This document shows positions 25,007 to 32,000 of a DNA stretch of 32,000 nucleotides, one piece after another. The DNA is taken from NCBI RefSeq assembly GCF_018398935.1, contig NZ_CP074694.1, positions 6,060,001-6,092,000 of the forward strand. The letters run 5' to 3'. The position numbers were made by a program, and so were the translations under genes. This stretch comes from Telmatocola sphagniphila. Its GTDB lineage: Bacteria; Planctomycetota; Planctomycetia; Gemmatales; Gemmataceae. How positions within the stretch are numbered: the stretch's first letter is position 1; the number at the start of each line of letters is the position of its first letter. The notes beneath the pieces are model-generated. The model was not told the origin of the DNA, did no database searches, and was given only the letters and a program-made list of their open reading frames with translations.

Positions 25007-26473
25007 ATGACGCAATCCTCCGCTTTTGATCGACGTGGTTTCCTCCGGCAGACAACGGCCGCCGGTTCAGCTTTGGCGTTATCCGCCGTCAGCTATGGGC
25101 GGGTTTCGGGCAGCAACGAACGCATCAATATTGCTTTTTTAGGCTGCGGAGGTCGGGGTCAGGCGCATATCGACATCATTCAGCGGCTGGCTCGCGAAGG
25201 CCAGAATCTGACGATCGCGGGCGTCTGCGATGTGTGGAACGGGCTCGAAGAAGAATACGAGCAGAACATCGGCGGGCAAAAATCCCGGCGAAAATACCTG
25301 CAGGGTTTGATTCCCACCGCGCGAAAAGCGGGGCTCGATCCCAAGGATCGCCGGCGAGTCACCAAGGACTATCGCCGCTTGCTCGATCTCCCCGAAGTCG
25401 ATACGGTTTGCATCTCGACGCCCGATCACTGGCATGCCCGGATGGTTCTCGATGCCGTTAGTGCGGGAAAATCCGTCTACTGCGAACGGCCACTCGCCCG
25501 AACGGTTTCCGAAACGGTTTCCATTCTCGATACTCTGGCAAAAGCCAATGTTCCGGTGAACGTCGGCCTGCAGACACTTTCCGATCCGTCCTGGCTTAAA
25601 GCTCGAGAATTGATTCAAAGTGGTCGACTCGGACATGTGGCTCAGGCTCAGACGCACTTCTTCCGCAATGATATTCGCGGCTACGGTCGCTACTATCGAC
25701 TCGTCGAGGAGATGACCCCGGGCACGATTGACTGGCCTCGCTTCACTGGCAAAGAGAATATGCCATTCGACCGTGCCAAGTTCGCTCAGTGGCGCTGTTA
25801 CGAAGCCTTTGGTTCCGGGCCATTTGTCGATTTATTGCAGCCGCAGATTGCCCGCATGATGCTGGCGATGAACGTCAAAATGCCGCGCCGGGTGGCCGGT
25901 CTGGGTGGGCTATTTCTGGAACATGACGGCCGCGAGATTCCCGATCTGGCAACGCTGGTTGTCGATTTCGAGGAAGGTTGCCAGCTTACCGCTACGGCCT
26001 GCTCGATAGGATCTTATCCGAACGAGGAAATCATCCGCGGCCGATTCGGGGCGATTCGGTTTACTTCCCGAGGGCTGGATCTTTTCGCTGAAGATCCGCG
26101 AAGTTCGAAGAATCCCAATCGTTTGGGAGATCGGCCAGTCGCGCCGACGGAAGCTATTGCCATTAACAAGCCGGGAAATGAAACGCTGGCGATGTGGCAG
26201 CACTTCCTCGAATGCGTTCGAACTCAATCTAAAGAGACTCTTTGTCCGCCAGATCTAGCGGGAACCGCCGGTATCGTCGCCTTAATGGCAGCGGAGAGCT
26301 TGAAGACAGGGCAAATGCTGGCCTGGGATAGTGAAAACCGAAAAGTGAGTCTGGCCACGGAAGCGAGAGCCAAAACCTCCACCCGAAAGCTGACCGATCT
26401 GCAACCTCCCGAGTATATGAAGCTGGCCGGCGATTGGAAAAATGGAATCGATCCGGCCAAGCCTATCGGTTAG
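25007..26473 (+). CDS. Gfo/Idh/MocA-family oxidoreductase with a Tat signal
   Basis: It has a Tat motif (FDRRGFLRQTTAAGSALALSA), a Rossmann start (IAFLGCGGRG) and TPDHWHARMVLDAVSAGKSVYCERPLA. It is a clear paralog of 21358..22926. Confidence 0.85.
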   Translation: MTQSSAFDRRGFLRQTTAAGSALALSAVSYGRVSGSNERINIAFLGCGGRGQAHIDIIQRLAREGQNLTIAGVCDVWNGLEEEYEQNIGGQKSRRKYLQGLIPTARKAGLDPKDRRRVTKDYRRLLDLPEVDTVCISTPDHWHARMVLDAVSAGKSVYCERPLARTVSETVSILDTLAKANVPVNVGLQTLSDPSWLKARELIQSGRLGHVAQAQTHFFRNDIRGYGRYYRLVEEMTPGTIDWPRFTGKENMPFDRAKFAQWRCYEAFGSGPFVDLLQPQIARMMLAMNVKMPRRVAGLGGLFLEHDGREIPDLATLVVDFEEGCQLTATACSIGSYPNEEIIRGRFGAIRFTSRGLDLFAEDPRSSKNPNRLGDRPVAPTEAIAINKPGNETLAMWQHFLECVRTQSKETLCPPDLAGTAGIVALMAAESLKTGQMLAWDSENRKVSLATEARAKTSTRKLTDLQPPEYMKLAGDWKNGIDPAKPIG

Positions 26474-26571
26474 GTTCAGCTTTTGGAATTTCGGAAAAAC
26501 CAAATCATTTCGCAGGAAAATATCCATCGCGCCTTACGCTCGATGGACGAAGACTCGTTCTCTCTGCCAAA

Positions 26572-27741
26572 CTATTTTCGGCCGTTATCTAATACCAGAC
26601 CGACCGAGTTCAGGATCGCACCCTGCTTGCAGTGAATGCCGATCACAGCCCGTCCCGTTCCTCCCAGTTTAGTTTCTTTGGCTCCGTTCACCTCGACTCC
26701 CAGCCATTCGCTGGTGTAGTTGTCGGCGGGGTCCAAACTTCCATCGGCTTTGATCTTCATAAAGATCAGTTGTACGGCATTGACGAAAGTTTTGGATCGA
26801 ACCGTCATCCCACCCACTGCATAGCCTTCCCGAGAGAGCACCCGTTTCGAAACGCCATCGGTCGGTTGTTTGGTATCGTAAATTGGTGTCAAACGGGCCA
26901 GGCAAGGTTCGTTGGCCCACTGGCCGGTCCAATATTCGACGCCAATTACCTTTTTGCCGGGCTCGGCATAGCGGAAGGAAGCGGCATTCTTCTCGCCTAC
27001 CAGGGCCGTGTCCTCACCCACCGTGGGATTGGCATTCACTTTTGGTCCTTCGGGGGGCGGATTTTTCAGAACGGCCAATTCCTTATCCGTCCAGGGCCGA
27101 GCGAGCGTCAGTCCCAATTTCGGGGTTCCGATGGTTACCGAATTCGAGACTTTGAAGGTGGGTCGGAAACCATCCGGATAGCGATTTTCCTGTCGAGTGA
27201 AATACATTTCGCAATCTTTGGGAATCTGCTGTCGCGGTCCGAAACCCAATTTAATTTCGAGAACGCCCGCCCGGTCATTCATGCCGCCGAAAATCAAAAT
27301 CGTCTGCTCATTGCCATTGCTGTCTCGGATGATCAACGACTGGCCGCCATATTCCCCGTCGGTGAGCCGTTCGTAATTCACCGATAAAAAAGGATAGGGT
27401 TTTTTACCAATTGGCTCCGTCCTGGGGTTGGAAAGGCGATAGACAATATCGCCCTTGCGCGGTCGCATGGGAATACTGGATAGGACATTGCGAGGAGAGA
27501 ACGCTTCATTTAAACCCTCTGAGTAAAAAGCCTCGGCCGGGTCGGGGGCATTGTTCGCTGTGGTCTGTTCCTGCCTAGGAATCGGGTTGGTATTATTGGA
27601 GCGAACAACACTTTCCGGTTTAGAAGAATCAGCGGATGGATCTGACGGAGGGTGGTTAGCACCCTTGTTACATCCGAGGGCGAACAAAGAAACGATTCCT
27701 AACTGTAATCCAAATCGGCGTAAAATTTTCGAGTGAATCAT
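26572..27741 (-). CDS. Lipoprotein of unknown function
   Basis: It has a signal peptide with a lipobox (SLFALGC, Cys at residue 24), followed by a low-complexity Pro/Ser/Asn linker. The C-terminal third has three similar beta-hairpin-like segments (VIGVEYWTG..., VGGMTVRS...VQLIF, VIGIHCKQGAILNSVGLVL). These are reminiscent of a beta-prism/jacalin-like fold, which is a weak inference. The antisense ORF 26632..27387 is rejected. Confidence 0.6.
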   Translation of the reverse strand: MIHSKILRRFGLQLGIVSLFALGCNKGANHPPSDPSADSSKPESVVRSNNTNPIPRQEQTTANNAPDPAEAFYSEGLNEAFSPRNVLSSIPMRPRKGDIVYRLSNPRTEPIGKKPYPFLSVNYERLTDGEYGGQSLIIRDSNGNEQTILIFGGMNDRAGVLEIKLGFGPRQQIPKDCEMYFTRQENRYPDGFRPTFKVSNSVTIGTPKLGLTLARPWTDKELAVLKNPPPEGPKVNANPTVGEDTALVGEKNAASFRYAEPGKKVIGVEYWTGQWANEPCLARLTPIYDTKQPTDGVSKRVLSREGYAVGGMTVRSKTFVNAVQLIFMKIKADGSLDPADNYTSEWLGVEVNGAKETKLGGTGRAVIGIHCKQGAILNSVGLVLDNGRK

Positions 27742-27919
27742 GATTCAGTTTCCTAAAAGGAGGAGAGGGGGGCTAAACCGAGACCTTAACGCATGGAAGG
27801 TCAGAGATTTATTTGTCAAAATTTTAGAAAATGTGCAGATCAGCGGCAAATTTGCATTTTTCGAGCGATTTGAGAAGAGCTAATCGAGATGATAGATCGC
27901 AAGACTTCAGGTTGTGAGC

Positions 27920-27947
27920 GAGAGAGCAACCGGTCGGTTGCTCTCTC
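27920..27947 (-). terminator. Stem-loop immediately downstream of argG (probable terminator, no clear U-tract)
   Basis: GAGAGAGCAACC (27920-27931) pairs perfectly with GGTTGCTCTCTC (27936-27947) around a GGTC loop. It lies 17 nt after the argG stop at 27964. No T-run follows on either strand. Confidence 0.5.
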
Positions 27948-27963
27948 AAGCCTATCTTCGGAA

Positions 27964-29205
27964 TTACTTCTTACCTTCGGCGATTCCCGGCAGATCGAAG
28001 CTTCGACCTCCCTTAAGTAGCTGCCGATTGGCCTGCGTCGTCTGGCTGAGCCCGTGAATCTTGATGAAACCCTGAGCGGCCGATTGATCGTACGAAGAGC
28101 CTTCGTCGTAAGTGGCCAGTTTCTTGCTGTAAAGGCTGTTATCGCTCTTGCGGCCGACCACGGTGGCCTTGCCTTTGAACAGCTTCACCCGAGCGAAGCC
28201 ATCCACAAAACGCTGGTTGCTGTCGACGAACGCGTACAAATCCTGGTGGTAGGCACTGAACCAGAGACCGTTATAAATCAGGTCGGCGTATTCCTGCGAG
28301 ACGATCGTCTTGAAGCGGCTGGCCTGCTTGGATAAACAGAGCGATTCGATTTCGCGATGCGCTTCATGTAGCACCACGGCGGCGGGTGCTTCGTACAGTT
28401 CCCGGCTCTTGATACCCACCAGTCGGTTTTCCACGTGATCGATCCGGCCGACGCCGTGCTTGCCGGCGATGACGTTCAGCTTTTCGATCAGGTCGGCGCC
28501 GTCCATTTTCACGCCGTTCATGGCGACTGGGACGCCGTGCTTGAATTCCAATTCGAGGTATTCCGGCTCGTTGGGAGCTTTAGTCGGGTCGGTGGTCCAA
28601 TTGAACGCTTCGGCGGGGGGTTCATCCCAGGGATCTTCCAGCACGCCGGCTTCGCAGCTGCGGCCGAATAAGTTTTGATCGATCGAATAGGGGCTTTCAA
28701 CCGTGGCTTCCACGGGAATGTTATGCTCCTTGGCGAATCTCAGAGCTTCCGGTCGAGTCATGCTCCATTCGCGAACCGGGGCCACTATCTTCAAGTCGGG
28801 GGCCAGCGTCTGGAAGGTCACATCGAAGCGGACCTGATCGTTGCCTTTTCCGGTACAGCCGTGTGCCACGGCCTTGGCGTTGTATTTGCGGGCCGTATCG
28901 ACCATCAGCTTGGCGATCAAAGGTCGGCCCAGAGCCGTCGCCAAGGGGTATTTGTGTTCGTAAAGGGCACCTGCTTGAATGGCCGGGAATACGAAGTGAT
29001 CGACGAAAAGCTTGCGGGCATCTTCGGCGACGGCGTCCACAGCACCGGTCTTCAATGCTTTCGCTTTGATCTTCTGAATGTCGTCTCCCTGGCCCAGATC
29101 GCAGGTGTAGGTCACCACGTCGTAGCCATATTTTTCCTTAATCCAGGGGACCATGACGGACGTGTCCAACCCGCCGGAGTAAGCCAAAATGATTTTTTCT
29201 GCCAT
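27964..29205 (-). CDS. argG: Argininosuccinate synthase
   Basis: It has the N-type ATP-pyrophosphatase motif AYSGGLDTS and family strings (CDLGQG, HGCTGKGNDQVRF, PYSIDQNLFGRS, VGRIDHVENRLVGIKSRE) over a length of 413 aa. Confidence 0.95.
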   Translation of the reverse strand: MAEKIILAYSGGLDTSVMVPWIKEKYGYDVVTYTCDLGQGDDIQKIKAKALKTGAVDAVAEDARKLFVDHFVFPAIQAGALYEHKYPLATALGRPLIAKLMVDTARKYNAKAVAHGCTGKGNDQVRFDVTFQTLAPDLKIVAPVREWSMTRPEALRFAKEHNIPVEATVESPYSIDQNLFGRSCEAGVLEDPWDEPPAEAFNWTTDPTKAPNEPEYLELEFKHGVPVAMNGVKMDGADLIEKLNVIAGKHGVGRIDHVENRLVGIKSRELYEAPAAVVLHEAHREIESLCLSKQASRFKTIVSQEYADLIYNGLWFSAYHQDLYAFVDSNQRFVDGFARVKLFKGKATVVGRKSDNSLYSKKLATYDEGSSYDQSAAQGFIKIHGLSQTTQANRQLLKGGRSFDLPGIAEGKK

Positions 29206-29272
29206 CGCCTAAATCTCGGTTCTTGAGGAAAATATCTTACGGGTATCGTATGCGTATCGGGGGAAGTCGAAC

Positions 29273-29725
29273 ATGTTCAAACGGTTCAGGATGCGGATAC
29301 CATTCGCGATCGTTCAAGAAATCGTGGCTCAGGCGGAGAGGGAGCTTCCCAGCGAATGCTGCGGTTTACTGGCGGCGGACGACGCAGTACGGCCGGGTGA
29401 GGCCGAAATCATCGAGATTTCGCGGCATTTTGAGCTGACCAATCAACTCAATTCGCCGATACGATTCGAGTCGGAACCCTCTAGCCTGTTCGCGGCGATG
29501 AAAGAAATGCGGCGACGAAAGTGGGAACTGGTAGCCATTTATCACTCTCACCCCACGAGTCCGCCGATTCCCAGCCGGTTCGATCTGGCCAATAATTTCT
29601 ACGGCGACCAAGTGCAACATCTGATTCTAGGTCGAGTGGAACGGCAGTGGTTAGCCCGGAGTTGGTGGCTGCTCGAAACGGGATACGACGAAGCCGAAAT
29701 GGACTGGGGCGACCCGATAGTGTGA
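29273..29725 (+). CDS. JAB/MPN+ (JAMM) metalloprotease-domain protein (Mov34/MPN/PAD-1 family)
   Basis: The JAMM motif is complete: E in SECCGLL and HSHPTSPPIPSRFD (H-x-H-x7-S-x2-D). It is a 150-aa single-domain protein. The start could instead be M7 (29291). Confidence 0.85.
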   Translation: MFKRFRMRIPFAIVQEIVAQAERELPSECCGLLAADDAVRPGEAEIIEISRHFELTNQLNSPIRFESEPSSLFAAMKEMRRRKWELVAIYHSHPTSPPIPSRFDLANNFYGDQVQHLILGRVERQWLARSWWLLETGYDEAEMDWGDPIV

Positions 29726-29759
29726 TCGGTGCCGCCCCGGAAAATCGAATCGTTAAAAA

Positions 29760-30881
29760 TTAGGGATTGCGCAGGCCGTAAATATCGAGCGATGTTTTCA
29801 TGGGAACGTCGGTGTTGGCGTTGCGTTGAACCCAATCGCTACCCGCCAGCTGTTTTTTCTGGGTTTTTACCATGAATTCGACGATGATCTTGATCGTGTC
29901 GAGATTTTTTGACGGATCGCAGAGGTTGATGCCGAGCAGGGATTTGCCATTTTTCACTTCGATCATGTATTTGGCAATCCGAGGATCATCCGTGGCGGTA
30001 TTTGGAATGCCCCATTTATCGAACCACTTGCGAGCCATGCTCTGAGATTCCCGGTCGCCATCGCCATAGATGAAGGCCATGCTGACCTTATCCTTGATGA
30101 TTTCACGAGCGACGTTATCCGCCTGGATGGCGTTATTGACGACGGTGAGGGTGCCCCCGGGTCCGTTACGATAGGAGAGCCAGACACCGGCAACGAGATC
30201 CTTGCTACCATAGTGGTTGTAAGGTGCGATATCGAAGGTGTTCTTGGGGTAAATGGCGATGCGTTTAAATTCCGTTCCCATCCAGGCCATGCCCAGTCCG
30301 CAGGAATCGCGATCGCCGATCACGCTGATGCGTCCCGAGTTGCACTCGCCCGCATCGTTCCGGTTATCGATGAATTTGCGAGCCGCGGCAATGTCATTCA
30401 CCAGATAGGGATAAATGGCGGAATTGAATTTGGTCGCATCAATCGATTTCAATCCCAGAGGATTGGTCATCTGTGAGACGCCGGCCAGTTTGTTCCAGGG
30501 GAAGGAGTAGACATCGACGTAGCGTTTGGGTTCTTCGAAAGTCTTGATGCTCTTGCTTTTGCCATGGCCCCGGAAATCGAAGGCTAATACGGAAAATCCT
30601 TCGGCCTGCAGCGCTTCCGCCAGGGTGTTCCATTCCCCCTTGGCAACTTCCCCTTTGAAGTTGGGAAGCAGCATCACCGCATCCGAGTTCTTGCCCTTAT
30701 TGCCTCGATACCAGTTCCCGAAAAGTCGGAGCCCATCCACGGTCAGGAACGAGACATCCTCGTATTTGGGTTTGGAGTTGGTGCCGTCTTTCGTTTGCGC
30801 TTGAAGAACTTGCGAATCCAAACAAGTAAACATGCCCAAAAACAGGGCCAACAGGACTGGTTTTTTGAAACCGAATCGCAT
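29760..30881 (-). CDS. Secreted alpha/beta-hydrolase-fold protein, function unknown
   Basis: The track ORF 29760..31019 is trimmed to ATG 30881, because MRFGFKKPVLLALFLGMFTCLDSQVLQAQT is a signal peptide. The fold is indicated by AVMLLPNF, AFDFRGHGKS and DIAAARKFI. The nucleophile-elbow position reads VIGDRDSCGLG rather than a clean GxSxG. Confidence 0.65.
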   Translation of the reverse strand: MRFGFKKPVLLALFLGMFTCLDSQVLQAQTKDGTNSKPKYEDVSFLTVDGLRLFGNWYRGNKGKNSDAVMLLPNFKGEVAKGEWNTLAEALQAEGFSVLAFDFRGHGKSKSIKTFEEPKRYVDVYSFPWNKLAGVSQMTNPLGLKSIDATKFNSAIYPYLVNDIAAARKFIDNRNDAGECNSGRISVIGDRDSCGLGMAWMGTEFKRIAIYPKNTFDIAPYNHYGSKDLVAGVWLSYRNGPGGTLTVVNNAIQADNVAREIIKDKVSMAFIYGDGDRESQSMARKWFDKWGIPNTATDDPRIAKYMIEVKNGKSLLGINLCDPSKNLDTIKIIVEFMVKTQKKQLAGSDWVQRNANTDVPMKTSLDIYGLRNP

Positions 30882-31275
30882 GGAGAGAACTCCGGCGGTG
30901 TGGCAGGAAACAGATATTGTTATTTCTATTCTAACCAACCATTGCGGATTTGAGATCGTTTGTCTGAAGAATATCTTGGAAGTTTCTGGCAGAAGTGTGA
31001 AATTGAAGGGCGCGGACAAAGCGTTGGAAACCTATAGCGGATCGCATCGAAATTGTCAGTTATTTCGCTTTTAAATTCTCAATTGTTGGAAATTGCGCTT
31101 GACAGGTCTTTACAAACAGGCGAGAACATATCTAGATAAAAAAACAGCTACCCGAACCGTTGTACCACCTCTCCCATGGCCAGTCAGTCCGGATAGCAAG
31201 TTTTTTCAAGTTGAAATACTTATTGCACCTGGTGTGCCAAACTAATATTTCAACACCCCAAATCCACCTCTCCAT

Positions 31276-31320
31276 AGCCGTAAGTAGTGGCACTAAAACT
31301 ACTTACGGCTTAATTTTTTT
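31276..31320 (+). terminator. Strong orphan rho-independent terminator in a non-coding AT-rich region
   Basis: AGCCGTAAGTAGT (31276-31288) pairs perfectly (13 bp) with ACTACTTACGGCT (31298-31310) around a 9-nt loop, followed by taaTTTTTTT (T-run 31314-31320). No credible upstream CDS exists on the plus strand. The track ORF 31160..31429 runs straight through the terminator. Confidence 0.8.
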
Positions 31321-31711
31321 CTTCCTAAGCCGCTTAAGATTCTTTCTTCTTCATCAAATTCTGACTTACTACTGCCTACGGACTGGGCAAGAGCTGCCCT
31401 GCAAAGCATCATTTGTGAGCGAGCCATGAGAGGCGCACCAGTCTCGTCCTCCTCCTTTAGAATATTCCCCACAATTAACAATCTCAGTCGATTTCCTGGT
31501 CTGAAGAGCGAAGTGAACGCCGCCGACTAGAGCCGGTTAGGGCCGTTACAATAGGAACGTACCAACCAGCAGGCCCGACAGAGTTTACCGGACCGCTAAA
31601 TACGACAGATTTCGTTGAGTTAGGTCATACAATTTGTCATAATTGCCTTTTGCGGAATATTTTTTTGAAACTGCACGAGATTCGGTGTTCCTCGGATAAA
31701 CAGAGTACGCT

Positions 31712-32000
31712 GTGCGGAAATTGTTGATTGCGAGCCAAAAGGGGGGTGTCGGCAAGACAACCGCGGCCATTAATTTGGGTGCCGCAACCGCCCTCTCTGG
31801 TGGGAAAGTACTGCTCGTCGATGCTGATCCATTGGCTTCGATTCAACATGCGCTAGCGCTGAGTCCGCATGATAGGGCCGAACGTTTGCATTCCATCGGA
31901 GCCGAAAGCGAGGCCCCGATCTGGCGGAACATCGTTCCCGGTCTGGATGTCAGCACTCCTTATGGAGATCCAAATTCTCCTTACCATACTCTCTTCGAAT
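31712..32000 (+). CDS. ParA/Soj/MinD-family P-loop ATPase (5' part; continues beyond the window)
   Basis: This open frame is not in the track because it has no stop in the window. From the GTG at 31712 it reads VRKLLIASQKGGVGKTTAAINLGAATALSGGKVLLVDADPLASI. That gives the deviant Walker A motif KGGVGKTT and the DxD Walker A' region. The start codon choice is uncertain. Confidence 0.75.
   Translation, partial: MRKLLIASQKGGVGKTTAAINLGAATALSGGKVLLVDADPLASIQHALALSPHDRAERLHSIGAESEAPIWRNIVPGLDVSTPYGDPNSPYHTLFE

Noticed and set aside
29206-29272. ArgR operator (ARG box) in the argG/JAMM divergent spacer
   Set aside because: The spacer contains only a short direct repeat (GTATCG...GCGTATCG). It has nothing resembling the TNTGAAT-N4-ATTCANA palindrome.
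31160-31429. An 89-aa plus-strand ORF and a 60-aa minus-strand ORF (31299..31481) in the AT-rich region
   Set aside because: The plus-strand ORF reads straight through a perfect intrinsic terminator and has an odd Leu/Phe/Ser-rich composition typical of AT-rich non-coding DNA. The minus-strand ORF starts at a TTG with no supporting features.
31637-31849. A 70-aa minus-strand ORF overlapping the ParA start
   Set aside because: It is antisense to a frame with an unmistakable Walker A motif (KGGVGKTT), so it is a shadow ORF.
31020-32000. Replication origin or partition site next to ParA (DnaA boxes, parS)
   Set aside because: I found no TTATCCACA-type DnaA box cluster and no TGTTTCACGTGAAACA-like parS palindrome in the AT-rich region. 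No dnaA, dnaN or parB is visible in the window.
1-32000. tRNA, rRNA, tmRNA, RNase P or SRP RNA genes; transposases or integrases
   Set aside because: Scanning by eye for T-loop (GGTTCGAAT-like), RNase P (GAAAGTCCGGGC) or SRP motifs, and for transposase- or integrase-like ORFs, found nothing convincing. A covariance-model scan would be needed to exclude small RNAs formally.

Overview
This 32 kb window looks like a chromosomal segment from a Planctomycetota genome. The lineage markers are a DUF1559/H-X9-DG prepilin-like protein, a giant PVC-type CxxCH heme-binding protein and three Tat-signal Gfo/Idh/MocA oxidoreductases. No tools were run, so all homology calls rest on motif recognition from memory. 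I support about 22 protein genes, including icd, argG, an M16 peptidase, an alkaline-phosphatase-family enzyme, an ArnT-like glycosyltransferase, a JAMM/MPN protein and a partial ParA. I saw no rRNA, tRNA, CRISPR array, transposase or integrase. The main candidate is a compact low-GC two-gene cassette at 20486-21330, wedged between housekeeping-type genes. It encodes a stand-alone 134-aa SCP1.201/DddA-like deaminase toxin domain (HVE...PC...GC...LP). Its stop overlaps the start of a 147-aa Imm1-like immunity candidate (ATGA), and an 8-bp direct repeat (TAAAGCGA) flanks the pair. Other items worth a second look: (1) a mosaic family of GC-rich palindromic units at two 3'-end intergenic regions, one of them a 131-bp tandem array with 262-bp higher-order structure. 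(2) A same-strand cluster of a GGQ release-factor-like protein, a dual-specificity phosphatase and a tail-anchored pseudokinase. (3) A roughly 0.7 kb AT-rich non-coding region with an orphan strong terminator, which may encode an sRNA.
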